A stretch of DNA of 64,000 bases, from positions 77,914 through 141,913 of IMG/VR virus record IMGVR_UViG_3300028591_000108, one strand, 5' to 3'. The stretch's first letter is position 1. Each line of letters begins with the position of its first letter. The notes beneath the pieces are model-generated. The model was not told the origin of the DNA. It was given only the letters and a program-made list of their open reading frames with translations, and did not search any database. The translations under genes were made by a program, and so were the position numbers. The DNA is from a virus (lineage: Duplodnaviria; Caudoviricetes). This document shows positions 26,889-36,100 of this stretch, piece by piece.

Positions 26889-27553
26889 TGGCTACTTATA
26901 CAGTTTATATTGGTAGAGATGGTTATTTTTGGCGATATATTTAGTCAGTATGTACTTCTTTTGCCACTGTAAATCGTGGCGCAAATACTTATAGTTCTGA
27001 TGTCGCTACAAAACCCAAGACTTCATCTGAAGTATTAAAACTTGCTGCTGGTGAATTTCCTATTTCTATTAGTTTTAGCGGTAAATGGAGAACTTAGTAG
27101 AATGCAGCAGTTAGACTATGGTTTGCGGATGCAAATGATTATTCAAATAATCGATATGATTTAGGCACTTTACGGGAAGATACTGCTACGAGTGGCAATA
27201 TGTCACGATTTAACTTAACTAAAGATATGACTAAACTTAATGGTAAAACTTTAGCTTTGTATAAAGATACTAGTATTACTTCTGGTGAAGGATGGGGTTT
27301 TATCCTAGGTACCACATCTACTCCTATGGTTACAGTAACTATTAAAACTGTGACAAAACCTACTGTATCCGCAGGCTCGATAATTACTAAAACTTAGATG
27401 GACACGCTAAAAGACTATTAGACACACCGTGGAAAAAGCCCAACTGCAGTTACATAGTATGATACCGCTAAAGCTAGTGTAGCTAATACATATGGAAAAA
27501 GTACTGTCACAGCAGGTAGTACTATAATTGATGATTCTTGGTATAATGGCTAA
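26888..27553 (+). CDS. Thr-rich hypothetical, likely virion protein (several TAG)
   Basis: TAATG coupling; reads through TAGs to TAA. Confidence 0.65.
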
Positions 27554-27589
27554 TATGGCTTAGGACTGAGCCATAATCAGTCCTTTCGA

Positions 27590-27675
27590 TGCCCGTAGGT
27601 GTGCGGCTGCACGGGCGGTCTCTAAAACCGCGGCCTCTGAAGCGAACGGACTGGGTTCGACTCCCAGGCGGGCAG
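27590..27675 (+). tRNA. Amber suppressor tRNA (CUA), probably Gln-inserting
   Basis: Acceptor TGCCCGT/GCGGGCA, AC arm GCGGT-CTCTAAA-ACCGC, T arm CTGGG-TTCGACT-CCCAG, G73. Confidence 0.85.
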
Positions 27676-27683
27676 TTAAACTA

Positions 27684-27745
27684 TCGACACATACAGCAAA
27701 TATATTTCCAGCATTTTAGATAATTGGAGATTATCAGTGTGTCGA
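27684..27745 (+). ncRNA. Stem-CAGCAA scaffold RNA copy 1 (anticodon-loop mimic GGA)
   Basis: TCGACACA/TGTGTCGA stem, CAGCAA, GATAA-TTGGAGA-TTATC. Confidence 0.7.
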
Positions 27746-27751
27746 GTATTT

Positions 27752-27822
27752 GCACCATTGGTGTAAAGGTAACACAGGTGCCTTCCAAGCATCTGATGCC
27801 CGTCCGATTCGGGTATGGTGCT
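27752..27822 (+). tRNA. tRNA-Gly(TCC)
   Basis: Cloverleaf; loop CTTCCAA. Confidence 0.85.
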
Positions 27823-28304
27823 CTTAGGTTCTTCTCTAGCCTATCGCGACAATAGAGAAGCGGTATGAAAGCGCCGTATAAGTACTTCAGGCACTGATAC
27901 TATGTCTTAGCTTGCCTAGGAAAGTAAAGTATCCGACGAGTTATAACGTTCGTAAAAGGTGATATAACCGTACTAATGCTACGGATGTGCATTCACCAAT
28001 CCTTGAGGTGCGAAGAGAGGCGTAAGGCGACACGACACATCGCCCGATGGCAGAGGAATAGCGAGCCTCGGCGCCATAATTTTCCGTATCTTTGAGTGCT
28101 AGCGCCACTAGCTAATCGAATTTACGGAATTTTTTATTTGACTTTATCCCAAATTTCATGTATAATATATATGTAAGGAGGGTGAGAGAAGCTATGTTAG
28201 ACGATTTTATTATGAATTTTTCTTATGATGAATTGGAAGATGAGTATTTGACTAGAGAAGAAATTTATGTTATAATTAATGAAGAAAGGGAAGGAGAATG
28301 AAGG

Positions 28305-28487
28305 ATGGAAAGAATTAGTTTCTGGTATGAGTTTGAAGACAAAGACGGCAAGGTTTCAAATAATGACATTCAGGTTAGTGTAGAGAATGAGAATCGTATT
28401 CCGCGCGGTGAGGTATGCGAAGTTTTTACAAGATTTCTTGCATCCATAGGTTTTTCTACAGAAGGACTCTCTAAACTCTTTGATTAA
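28305..28487 (+). CDS. Small hypothetical protein
   Basis: RBS present; downstream of promoter 28138-28166. Confidence 0.55.
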   Translation: MERISFWYEFEDKDGKVSNNDIQVSVENENRIPRGEVCEVFTRFLASIGFSTEGLSKLFD

Positions 28488-28652
28488 TTAATATTTGACT
28501 TCCAATAAAAATTATTGTATAATAATTATGTTGAATGAGGGAAGATGACAGTTTGGACTGGGAATGGGGAGCAAGTGCCAAGAGTTCCGCTAGAGATACC
28601 TCAATAAAAACGTTTAAGTGCAGAAATAAAATCCTAATAACTTGCATTATAA

Positions 28653-28725
28653 CCGCCACAAGCTCAATTGGTTGAGCACCCGGCTTATATCCGGTTGGTT
28701 CAGGGTTCGAGCCCCTGGTGGCGGA
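28653..28725 (+). tRNA. tRNA-Ile(TAT)
   Basis: Cloverleaf; loop CTTATAT. Confidence 0.8.
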
Positions 28726-29369
28726 CGCGGGCGGAGCACCTAGCCGGTGAAAGTATCAAAGGGTGCAAGGCGCAGTCAATCGTTAGTCGGCGCTCAAGTA
28801 TAAGCAGGTAACGACGCGAAGAGGGAGGCGGTATTCCTAGACTCTCCACCCTGAGCAGTGTAAACGCTCAATAAAGGAATATTCGGCTAGGACGCGGATT
28901 GGGGTTTACGGTGATCCAACTGCGCGTAAACAAAAGGACAACCTACATGTACATGGCATCGGCGGATGTAAAACGAGACTCAGTGACACTGAGGATAATT
29001 ACACGTAAGCCAAGCAGAGACTTGGTATGCCCGAAAACCGTAGGGAGGAGTGGATCTCCTCGCTGGCCGCAAGCTAGAATAGATGGTTCGATTCCATCTG
29101 CGGCGTACCCAAATTAGGTTGGGAGTAGGGCAAATTATATTAGATAAGATGGTTTTCTAAGAGTGTTAAATAACTGGCACTGGTATTAAGCAGTTGTGAC
29201 TGTATCTCAGGGTCGTTCTGAGAAGAGGGACAGCCTATACATAGAGAACTGGTTCGAGTCCAGCGGGTCGCCAATATCGGTGACTAGGCAGAGGGTGCGC
29301 TTATGGATAAGGTTTTTGAAGCAAAAATTACCTCGGTTAGTTTGATAGCTACAAACTAACTTTTTATAT

Positions 29370-29442
29370 CGCACGGTCGTCTAAAGGCTTAGGACGGTTG
29401 GCTCATACCCAACAAATACAAGTTCGATTCTTGTCTGTGCCA
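29370..29442 (+). tRNA. tRNA-Met(CAT), initiator-like
   Basis: Loop CTCATAC; C1xC72 mismatch. Confidence 0.8.
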
Positions 29443-29524
29443 CTTTGGTAAGGGAATCCCACCTGAGCCAACATAAGAGTGTTCGTAAGCCGTAAGCGAG
29501 GGCCGTAATACTCGCTTGCTACTT

Positions 29525-29596
29525 GGCCTTATCGTATAGAGGTTATTACATCCGGCTGTCTACCGGAAAACCAGAGTTCGATTCTCTGTAAGGTCG
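29525..29596 (+). tRNA. tRNA-Asp(GTC)
   Basis: Loop CTGTCTA; G73. Confidence 0.85.
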
Positions 29597-29599
29597 CTT

Positions 29600-29715
29600 T
29601 AGACGTATCAGCAATATTCTTCGCTTTGGGAGCCCGTCAAGTGTTGGTTCGATTCCAACCCTCCCAACTGATGGGAGGTCGCTCAATTGGTAGAAGCGCG
29701 GTTATAGTACGTCTA
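29600..29715 (+). ncRNA. Stem-CAGCAA scaffold RNA copy 2 with circularly permuted tRNA module
   Basis: TAGACGTA/TACGTCTA stem; T arm, then closed acceptor CCTCCCA/TGGGAGG, then D arm. Confidence 0.8.
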
Positions 29716-29720
29716 GTTTT

Positions 29721-29794
29721 GGCCCGGTAGCTCAGTCCAGTAGAGCGTCTGACCGTTAATCAGAAAGTCCCAGGAGCAAAGCCTGGTCGGGCCG
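29721..29794 (+). tRNA. tRNA-Asn(GTT)
   Basis: Loop CCGTTAA; atypical T loop. Confidence 0.75.
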
Positions 29795-30068
29795 CGCTAC
29801 TTCAACATTCCTTTCACCTCTGTAGCATTTGGTGGAAAAATGTTAGTGCTTGGGCACCGCACTATAAAACGTGCCCACTAATATGCCAGCAATAGAAACT
29901 CTGGTCCAGTTCCACACCTTGTTGGCAGCGTAAAAAGCAATAATAGGAGCTTCTCACAAGGAGTTTGGTACTATTACTCCACGGATACAGACCCGTGGCG
30001 GAAGGCATGACCTGAAATGAAAGGTGGCGCCCTAGCAGATGGCAAGTTCGCAATAATCTGCTATTTAT

Positions 30069-30145
30069 GCCCGATTGGTGTAATAGGTTAGCACAGCACC
30101 CTTTCAAGGTGCAGACGTGGAGTTCAAATCTCCCATTGGGTACCA
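30069..30145 (+). tRNA. tRNA-Glu(TTC)
   Basis: Loop CTTTCAA; encoded CCA. Confidence 0.85.
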
Positions 30146-30377
30146 TTCAACCACATAAAGCCTGAATTGACAGGATATGACTGGCCAGTTGAGGTCTGGC
30201 GGCAGACTGATGCGGACTTGTTGAAACATTGGTTTGTGTCTCGTGAGCGACGACAGCCGTGGTGAGGCAGCTATGCCAAAAGAGTGATACTAAAATAGCA
30301 TGTATACGGAATAGACAGACCGACCTGCTATAGCAGGAGGCACGAGGTATCCACCATATAGGCGAGGGCCTCGGTAA

Positions 30378-30438
30378 TAGGCACACGCAGCAAACCTATA
30401 AGGAACAACTTTCTATTAAAAAGTTTTAAATGTGCCTA
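30378..30438 (+). ncRNA. Stem-CAGCAA scaffold RNA copy 3 (anticodon-loop mimic ATT)
   Basis: TAGGCACA/TGTGCCTA; AACTTT-CTATTAA-AAAGTT. Confidence 0.7.
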
Positions 30439-30851
30439 GTATCTCGGTAGAAATGCCATTGCGAAGATAGCTGCCAGCAGCATCTAACGTTCTACCATAT
30501 GAAATGGCATCTTGCGCTTTCGACGCACAGTGGCAGTAGCAAGTAAAAAATAGACCACCTGGCCGTGCAATAGAGCAGTAAAGTGTACGTTAAAAAATCG
30601 GATTCTGCTATCCTACGCTAAAGCGTAATCCGCTTGCCGTAGATAAGGCTTCTCTTGGCCGCGAGGATGTTCCTCGAAATCAAGACATTTGGTCCCCGAG
30701 ACAGTAAAACAGGCATTTCTAGAGTGCAAAGATAGTTCGTTACGGGGTTACATACTATCACAAATACGGGAGTGACGAGAAGTTACCTCACTTAATACTC
30801 TACTTGACCATAGACGTATGGCGAACAAATCCTGTATTTTCTTATCTTTAT

Positions 30852-30935
30852 CCGGGTGTAGCCGAACGGCCCAGGCAACAGACTTAAAATCTGTCGGAGC
30901 AAAGCTCCTTGTGGGTTCGAATCCCACCACCCGGA
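30852..30935 (+). tRNA. tRNA-Leu(TAA)
   Basis: Loop CTTAAAA; long variable arm. Confidence 0.9.
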
Positions 30936-31036
30936 CTTTCCATTAGGTGGAGCTTGGAACCTACCGCCTTTTGGCTGTGATGTATGGGACGCCATAATTG
31001 GCGCCCTTATTTTTAAACAACAAGGAGGAATGTACT

Positions 31037-31414
31037 ATGAAGAAACTTATCGCACTATTACTAACTCTTATGCTCTGTTTTCCTGTATTCGCCTATGCTG
31101 ATGGCGAAGACGACGTTGTTTCAGATACTCACACAGAACACGTTGAAGTTTATACTCCTGTCGAACGTGGCAATTATTCTGTTTCTATTAGTTCTTCCCT
31201 TGATGGGCAGTCTAAGGTAAAAACAGGAACAAAAGTCACTCTAACTGCTCACCTATCTGGTTTCCGTGATGGAGTAGATACTTGGGAAATTACTTGGCAG
31301 GAGAATGATGGTTCAGGTTGGTCCGATGTTGGCTCCGGTAGCACCTATGACTTTAACATTGACGAAGATAATGTAAATCATAAATGGCGCGTCGTAGTCC
31401 ATGTAAAATGGTAA
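31037..31414 (+). CDS. Secreted Ig-like protein
   Basis: Signal peptide MKKLIALLL..AYA; VTLTA..ITWQ..W pattern. Confidence 0.7.
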   Translation: MKKLIALLLTLMLCFPVFAYADGEDDVVSDTHTEHVEVYTPVERGNYSVSISSSLDGQSKVKTGTKVTLTAHLSGFRDGVDTWEITWQENDGSGWSDVGSGSTYDFNIDEDNVNHKWRVVVHVKW

Positions 31415-31429
31415 TTAAGGTGAAGGAAT

Positions 31430-32910
31430 ATGAAAAAACTTATAATACTGGTATTTATTTTACTAATACCCTTTCTTGCCTTATCTGAAGAAGGTGGAGA
31501 AGAAGATATTTATTCTAATGAATATACGCATAATGTTGAAATAATTTCATATTCCTATGATGATGGAGAAGTAGTTTTTTCTGCTGATGTAGAATTAACT
31601 AATATGTTGGGTATTGTTACCATTCAACAAGATGTAAAAGTTTTTAATTATTTTTACGATAGAACTACACGCAAATATGCTGTACCGATGGAAACAACGG
31701 TGAAAAATACAGGGATGGATGCGTATTTGCGCGTATATCTTAATGCATTTCGCACCGTTAAAGCAACTGGCGAAGACGAAGCTATTGACTGGAGTCTTGT
31801 TGAAGTAGGACTATTAGATGAAAATGGTAATTTCCTAACAACTACAACTGATTATGTGTTATTGGGTGATTGCCTATATATGACACAGCCGACTCCATCT
31901 GGTCAATCTATTTATATTGATTACTATGGTTGGCTTAATAATTATCAACATTTGGCTACTAGTTCATATATTAAGACTTTACCTTCAAGTGAAGCAGTCC
32001 AAAAATATAACTTCTATCCAGACTTTACATCTAATGATCCTTGGAATAGTATTAATATTGAACAGCAAAATACTAATATTGATAATGCGGTCAGTAAGTT
32101 CGCATTAAATGTAACTATCGGTAATCAAGATGATATTAATGCTGACCCGCCAGAAGATACTGGATATAAACTGCCGGGAGATACTACTTCATTTGAAGTG
32201 ACTATTAAAATGCCAGCAACAGGATACTTATATCATTTTGTTATCATACGGGCCGCTGATGCTGCGCTGCGAGAAATCTTAACCGATGAATTAACCGTAT
32301 ATGTTATTACTGATGATGGAGAAGAACAACAAATAAATTGGTATGGCAAAGTTGGAGAATATGTAAAAGATACAATTTTAAAGTTTATTTATAAATTAAA
32401 TATTCCAGAAACTTTAAATAATCCATTTGTAGGAGATCAGTTTCAAATTAAGGATGAGTATATAGTTGTAGCAACGCCATCCCCAACTCCAACATCGACA
32501 CCAACTCCTACTCCGACACTCACTCCTACACCAACTCCAAGCCCAACTCCTACATCAACTGCTACAGCAACACCTACACCAAGCCCAACTCCAACTTCTA
32601 TACCTACAGCAACTCCAACCGCTACTCCTACACCAACATTAACTCCAACTTCAACTCCAACTATAACGCCAACACCACTCCTACTTTGGCACCGACATTT
32701 ACACCAGTTATTACTCCTGCGCCAACACCAATAGCGACGCCTATAATAACTAAGAAACCAAAGCCTACAGCGACGCCTCGGCCATCGAATATGCCGCAGC
32801 ATACTCCTGGTCCACCAATGCGTACAATTCCATTATGGATATTGGAACTTTATAAAACACCATTAGGTTTAGATATAATGTATAATCAAGTTGGAGATTG
32901 TTTTGATTAA
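31430..32910 (+). CDS. Secreted surface protein with Pro-Thr repeat; frameshift near 32677
   Basis: Signal peptide; PT repeat continues in the other frame after a 1-nt deletion; ends TPLG..VGDCFD. Confidence 0.65.
32473..32780 (+). repeat. Pro-Thr coding repeat
   Basis: Degenerate ACTCCA/ACACCA hexamers. Confidence 0.8.
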
Positions 32911-32975
32911 TATTTGACTTATTATAAAAATTTTGTTATAATTTTATTGTACCGAGGGGATGAAACCCCTCATAT

Positions 32976-33049
32976 GCTTCCATAGCTCAATTGGCCAGAG
33001 CAATCGCTTCGTAAGCGATGGGTTGCAAGTTCAAGTCTTGCTGGAAGCT
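32976..33049 (+). tRNA. tRNA-Thr(CGT)
   Basis: Loop TTCGTAA. Confidence 0.85.
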
Positions 33050-33317
33050 CTATACGCTTGGTCCGAGCCGTTCAAGAGTAAGCAAGGAACCCAGCTTACA
33101 GGATATTTCCCAACATACCATCATGCGTGGATGAAATAAGAAGAGATGGCGCCCGGTCCAACCGCAGGGCGTTATAAGCGAGCGGTTGGTAATAGTCCTA
33201 GGATCTCACAAGCAGGGACTATAATGAACGGCGTGAGCGCAAGATACTACGAGACAGATCCGGAAGGTAACAGTTCCGTTAAAGTGAAGAGCGATCGGCT
33301 TCATCTGAAAGTTTTAT

Positions 33318-33391
33318 GCCTCTCTAATCCAAATGGCAGAGATAGCACGCTAAGAACGTGTACAGTGTGAGTCCGAATCTCACGAGAGGTA
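33318..33391 (+). tRNA. tRNA-Leu(AAG), short variable loop
   Basis: Loop CTAAGAA; A73. Confidence 0.75.
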
Positions 33392-33509
33392 CGACTGTTG
33401 TTCAGCTGACAACCCAGTGGATGGATTTGACGCATCCCGTGCTACTACTGCGAGAGGGTCACGCTTAGGCTTTGCAAGCGGACCACGGCCCATGAAGGTA
33501 GCACATTAT

Positions 33510-33581
33510 CTCCGGCTAGTCTAAGGGACAGAACGTGTGGCTACGGACCATAAAATCGGCGTTCGAATCGTCGGCTGGAGA
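33510..33581 (+). tRNA. tRNA-Arg(ACG)
   Basis: Loop CTACGGA. Confidence 0.8.
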
Positions 33582-33623
33582 CTTCGCGCGAAAGCGCAAA
33601 TTCATTTTGGAGGTACCTACTAT

Positions 33624-34163
33624 ATGAATGAACCAAGACTAAAGATTCTTCCCCCATGGACGATTCTAGTAAGGAAGCTAGAAGCCTTATTTGACGGTGA
33701 TCCTCAGATTGCTTTCAATGTTGACTTTAGTGGAGAACATCCTTCTGTTGTTCTTTCCTGTAACAATGGAGATAAGGTTGCTGCACTAATGCAGATTCTA
33801 CCTGAAGAAATTAACTTTGGCAATGTTACACTAAAGGTAATGGTAGATGGAACCCCAAGCAACCGCACCTTTAAGAGTAAGGTTGAACTATTTGATACTG
33901 CTTTTTTCAAGAATCCTGCCTATGCGTATTCTGTTTGCCCTGCAGAAGAGGGATATCAGTGGATTGGCACTACTTATGTTGTATTCAACAACTGTGTTGT
34001 ACAGTTCGCAGCTGATAACCTAAATGATTGTCATGGAGTAATTAGTACTCTATATGAGACAATTGCTAGTGAACTTCTAACTGGGCCTGCAACTGAAGGC
34101 GTATTCTTCAATACTAATGTTGAGCGCGCAGGTCTTGGAATGCCGCTTGGCGAGTGGCCATAA
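33624..34163 (+). CDS. Conserved hypothetical protein
   Basis: RBS GGAGG before ATG 33624; the longer ORF-track start lies within a tRNA. Confidence 0.7.
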   Translation: MNEPRLKILPPWTILVRKLEALFDGDPQIAFNVDFSGEHPSVVLSCNNGDKVAALMQILPEEINFGNVTLKVMVDGTPSNRTFKSKVELFDTAFFKNPAYAYSVCPAEEGYQWIGTTYVVFNNCVVQFAADNLNDCHGVISTLYETIASELLTGPATEGVFFNTNVERAGLGMPLGEWP

Positions 34164-34306
34164 CTTTCCTTGAGCGGAAATTTCCGCTCGTTATGCCCAG
34201 ATGGTGAACCAGTGAACACCATCTGGTTTAAAAAAATTTAGTAAACTGAAAGAAAAAAAAATAGTTTGTTTACTTTAATAATACTCTTTATATGGAGGTG
34301 AGCGAT

Positions 34307-34913
34307 ATGAAAAAATGGGAAAAATTTTCGGATAAAGAATTAGAAATTATCGTTCAAAATAGCATTTCATATAGAGAGGTTGCACAAAAATTAGGATATG
34401 CAGAACGTAGTGGCGGTGGGTGTGATGCCGCGCGTGAAATGATTGAAGCTAAGGGTTTTAATATAGACCATTTTTTAGGTCAAGGATGGAATAAAAGTAA
34501 TTTTGATTATGAGCGTTTTCAAGCAGGTAAAGTAATTAAAAGTGCCGCTGCAATTCCAGCTTTAGTACAATTACGAGGACATAAATGTGAGAATTGTGGT
34601 GCAGAAACTTGGTTAGGAAATCCTATTCCATTAGAAGTACATCATATTAACGGTGACAGATTAAATAATACATTAGAGAACTTACAGCTGTTATGTCCTA
34701 ATTGTCATGCTCTTACTGATAATTTTAAGGGTAAAAATAACACTGGTGACAAAAAAAGTAGAAGACGAAGTATTAGTAGAAGCACTTAAAAATAGTTCTA
34801 GTATTCGTCAAGCATTAATTTCTGTTGGACTAGCGGGTCGCGGCGGAAACTATGAACGTGCTCACGAATTAATTGATAAATATAATATTACTAAATTTCA
34901 AAAAGGTGAGTAA
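34307..34913 (+). CDS. HNH endonuclease (frameshift in A-run near 34751)
   Basis: C..C, LEVHHINGD..NN..ENLQLLCPNCH. Confidence 0.8.
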
Positions 34914-34923
34914 TCACCTTTAT

Positions 34924-34999
34924 GCCAGAGTAGACAACCGGTGAAGTCCGCGCACTGAAAATGCGCTATTGATTGGTCCGACTCCAATCTCTGGCACCA
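34924..34999 (+). tRNA. tRNA-Phe(GAA)
   Basis: Loop CTGAAAA; CCA. Confidence 0.85.
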
Positions 35000-35107
35000 T
35001 AATGGATTGGGAGGTGAGCCGGTAGATGAACTTCTCCATTGGCGATGAACCAAAATCAATCCAAAATCTCCTATTGGTTGGTGCGACCCCAACTCTGGGC
35101 ACCATAT

Positions 35108-35183
35108 GCCCGTTTAGCTCAGTTGGCAGAGCTTCCGGCTTACATCCGGACGGTCGGCAGTTCAAGTCTGTCAGCGGGTACCA
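35108..35183 (+). tRNA. tRNA-Val(TAC)
   Basis: Loop CTTACAT; CCA. Confidence 0.9.
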
Positions 35184-35291
35184 AATCCTATAATAGCCAG
35201 TGATAGTATGGACACTAGGGACGCCCTTTAAAGTTGTTCGCGGTAGTGAGAATAACCTTCGCCGTGGCGAAGTAAAAGAGCCACGGGATAT

Positions 35292-35364
35292 GCGCCATTA
35301 GCTCAGCAGGCAGAGCACCGCACTTTTAATGCGGGTGTCCCGGTTTCGAGTACCGGATGGCACA
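35292..35364 (+). tRNA. tRNA-Lys(TTT)
   Basis: Loop CTTTTAA. Confidence 0.85.
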
Positions 35365-35385
35365 CTAATTATAAAGGAGATTAAA

Positions 35386-35604
35386 ATGAGAATTATTTCT
35401 GGAGCTCATAGATTGCCTGGACATGCGTTTTGTGAATGTGGCACTGAATTTGAATTTGATTACGACGAGATTACAAAGGGCAATAATAAACGACATGGTG
35501 CATATATTTATTGGTATAATTCTATTACTTGCCCAGTTTGCAAGAAAGAAATAGAGTTGCCAGATAATTTGGATAGTGTTTGTCCTTGGGTGCCAGATAA
35601 TTGA
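35386..35604 (+). CDS. Small zinc-ribbon protein
   Basis: CECG...CPVC; RBS AAGGAG. Confidence 0.65.
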   Translation: MRIISGAHRLPGHAFCECGTEFEFDYDEITKGNNKRHGAYIYWYNSITCPVCKKEIELPDNLDSVCPWVPDN

Positions 35605-35659
35605 CATTAAATAAAATTTATAGTATAATTATTTCAGTAAGAAGGAAAGGAGTTCTATT

Positions 35660-35890
35660 ATGAGAAATCCAAATCGTATTGATAAGTTTTGTGATGAGCT
35701 TAAAGCGATTTGGCATCAAGTGCCAGATTGGCGCTTTGGGCAACTGATGGAAAATATGCTTAGTGCAAGACTACAAGCAGTATCAGACCCTAATGGTTTC
35801 TTTTATACTGAAGATGAAGAATTGTTTGCTTTCTTTAAAAGTTATATGAATGAAATTATAAAAGAAGGTAGACAAAATAAAGATTGGTAA
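35660..35890 (+). CDS. Conserved phage hypothetical protein
   Basis: MRNPNRI..W..VPDWRFGQL; promoter 35601-35629. Confidence 0.7.
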   Translation: MRNPNRIDKFCDELKAIWHQVPDWRFGQLMENMLSARLQAVSDPNGFFYTEDEELFAFFKSYMNEIIKEGRQNKDW

Positions 35891-36100
35891 TTACATAATC
35901 CACCTGACATGGCTGTGACTACAAGGCGCGGAAAGGTGGCGGCAATCTCTTGCCCAAGTAAGTTGAAACGATATACACTCTTGGGATGAAAAGCCTTAAT
36001 GATGCGAAGATAGAGATATCACGTGAGTTTAGATACATGTGTGTGTAGTCGGTCTCCCTGTGGCCCGTTACGTTAGTAAGTTGGCACAGGGGAAGCTTCT

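Noticed and set aside
3-27553. Widespread pseudogenes from premature stops
   Set aside because: The interruptions are specifically TAG, the frame is preserved and a CUA tRNA is present, so this is recoding rather than decay
32670-34760. Programmed frameshifts in the PT-repeat gene and HNH gene
   Set aside because: Single-base indels in a repeat or homopolymer are more simply sequencing errors or recent mutations; reads are needed
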